From a virus (taxonomy: Duplodnaviria; Caudoviricetes), in the IMG/VR virus record IMGVR_UViG_3300012952_000091, positions 1-28,465 of that record: a stretch of DNA of 28,465 bases; one strand, given 5' to 3'. The notes beneath the pieces are model-generated. The model had not been told where the DNA came from. It saw only the letters and a list, made by a program, of their open reading frames with translations, and made no database searches. This document shows, piece after piece, positions 27,474 through 28,465 of the stretch. Both the position numbers and the translations under genes were made by a program. How positions within the stretch are numbered: position 1 is the first letter of the stretch; the number at the start of each line of letters is the position of its first letter.

Positions 27474-27920
27474 TCATACAGTGGTAAGTTTAAACCGAAG
27501 AATTACAAAAAATATAAGGGTGACCCTACAAAGATATATTACAGGTCTCTTTGGGAACGAAGATTCATGGTATACTGCGACAACAACCCGAATATTATTG
27601 AATGGGGAAGTGAAGAAATCATCATTCCTTACCGTTCGCCTGTAGATAGAAAAGTTCATCGTTACTTTCCTGACTTCTACATCAAATATCGTAATTCAAG
27701 GGGTGAAGTCTTAAGAGAAATCATTGAAGTTAAACCAAAGGCCCAATGTTTCCCTCCGAAAGAACCCAAACGAGTCACAAAGAAGTACAAAGCAAAAGTT
27801 CTGACATATATAGTAAACCAAGCAAAGTTCAAAGCTGCTGGTGAATACTGTGAAGATAGAAAAATGGGCTTTAGGATACTAACCGAAGACCACTTAGTCC
27901 CAAAAAAAGGTAAAAAATGA
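27471..27920 (+). CDS. gp4: Head completion nuclease gp4 (TnsA-like endonuclease fold)
   Basis: YSGKFKPKNYKKYKGDPTKIYYRSLWERRFMVYCD, WGSEEIIIPYRSP, HRYFPDF, IEVKP, NQAKFKAA, FRILTE. Confidence 0.95.
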   Translation: MSYSGKFKPKNYKKYKGDPTKIYYRSLWERRFMVYCDNNPNIIEWGSEEIIIPYRSPVDRKVHRYFPDFYIKYRNSRGEVLREIIEVKPKAQCFPPKEPKRVTKKYKAKVLTYIVNQAKFKAAGEYCEDRKMGFRILTEDHLVPKKGKK

Positions 27921-28465
27921 CAAAATTATTTGTATTTGACTTGGATGGAGTCTTGATCGACTCTTTACCCAACATGGAGGCTGCATGGACAGCCGTAAAA
28001 GTAAAACACGAAGTAAAAAATCCGTTTTCAGACTATAAAGAACAAATAGGGAAACCATTTGTTGAGATAATGAGGTGTCTTGGTCTCGAAAAACAACATT
28101 TAGAGATATATGACACCTACAGAACATACTCAAGGATGAGTTTAGACGCAATTCCATTGTATGATGGGGTACTAGACACCCTCAATACCCTAAAAGATAA
28201 CGGCAATAAGATAGCATTATGCACATCTAAAGCAAGAGATACCGTTTCACTACTAGAATATAAGTTACCTAAGTTCGATTACATCTCATGTCCCTGTGCT
28301 GGAATGAGAGGTAAACCAGCTCCTGACCAATTACTTTATACCATGGCAACCCTGAACACTGACCCATCAGATACAGTCTATATTGGTGATATGATATACG
28401 ACCAACAGGCTGCAGAGAGAGCAGGGGTAAGATTTGAATATGCATCATGGGGATTTGGAGATTTG
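27917..28465 (+). CDS. HAD-superfamily hydrolase (phosphoglycolate phosphatase Gph-like), partial; not in ORF track
   Basis: ATGA overlap with the gp4 stop. Hand translation gives MTKLFVFDLDGVLIDS (motif I), ALCTSK (II), GKPAPD (III), YIGDMIYD (IV), ...YASWGFGDL, open to the window end. Confidence 0.9.
   Translation, partial: MTKLFVFDLDGVLIDSLPNMEAAWTAVKVKHEVKNPFSDYKEQIGKPFVEIMRCLGLEKQHLEIYDTYRTYSRMSLDAIPLYDGVLDTLNTLKDNGNKIALCTSKARDTVSLLEYKLPKFDYISCPCAGMRGKPAPDQLLYTMATLNTDPSDTVYIGDMIYDQQAAERAGVRFEYASWGFGDL

Noticed and set aside
27471-28157. gp4 as a transposase or homing endonuclease; minus ORFs 27474-27659 and 27894-28157
   Set aside because: The TnsA-like fold is normal for T4 gp4 in its usual locus; the minus ORFs are shadows of gp4 and the HAD gene.
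1-28465. tRNA/rRNA genes, introns or inteins, and a host assignment
   Set aside because: Intergenic gaps are short and no cloverleaf or splice motifs were seen; no host-diagnostic gene is present, so the host cannot be named.

Overview
Virion morphogenesis region of an AT-rich T4-like myovirus whose gene content resembles marine T4-like phages. The minus strand carries a baseplate/tail module transcribed right to left: gp48, gp53, a gp27-like hub, a 33-aa membrane peptide missed by the ORF track, gp5, gp25, gp6, a small virion protein, gp7, gp8, a 2247-aa VrlC/DUF4815-type protein, then a cluster of fibre/adhesin genes. Divergently on the plus strand are the gp4 head-completion nuclease and a HAD phosphatase cut by the window end. 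T4 late promoters (TATAAATA) and one intrinsic terminator are visible. The most striking element is the 510-aa Q/P/Y-rich protein (4487-6019): its N- and C-terminal halves have mirror-image proline spacing and paired motif classes, suggesting a giant antiparallel beta-hairpin with a branched tip. Other notable items are a structured ~130-nt late leader with three AGUGA-loop hairpins, a lysozyme-less gp5 ending in an HxH apex motif, cupredoxin-like domains in virion proteins, and an IDGGTF C-terminal tag on three proteins. All calls come from motif recognition and gene order; no database searches were run.
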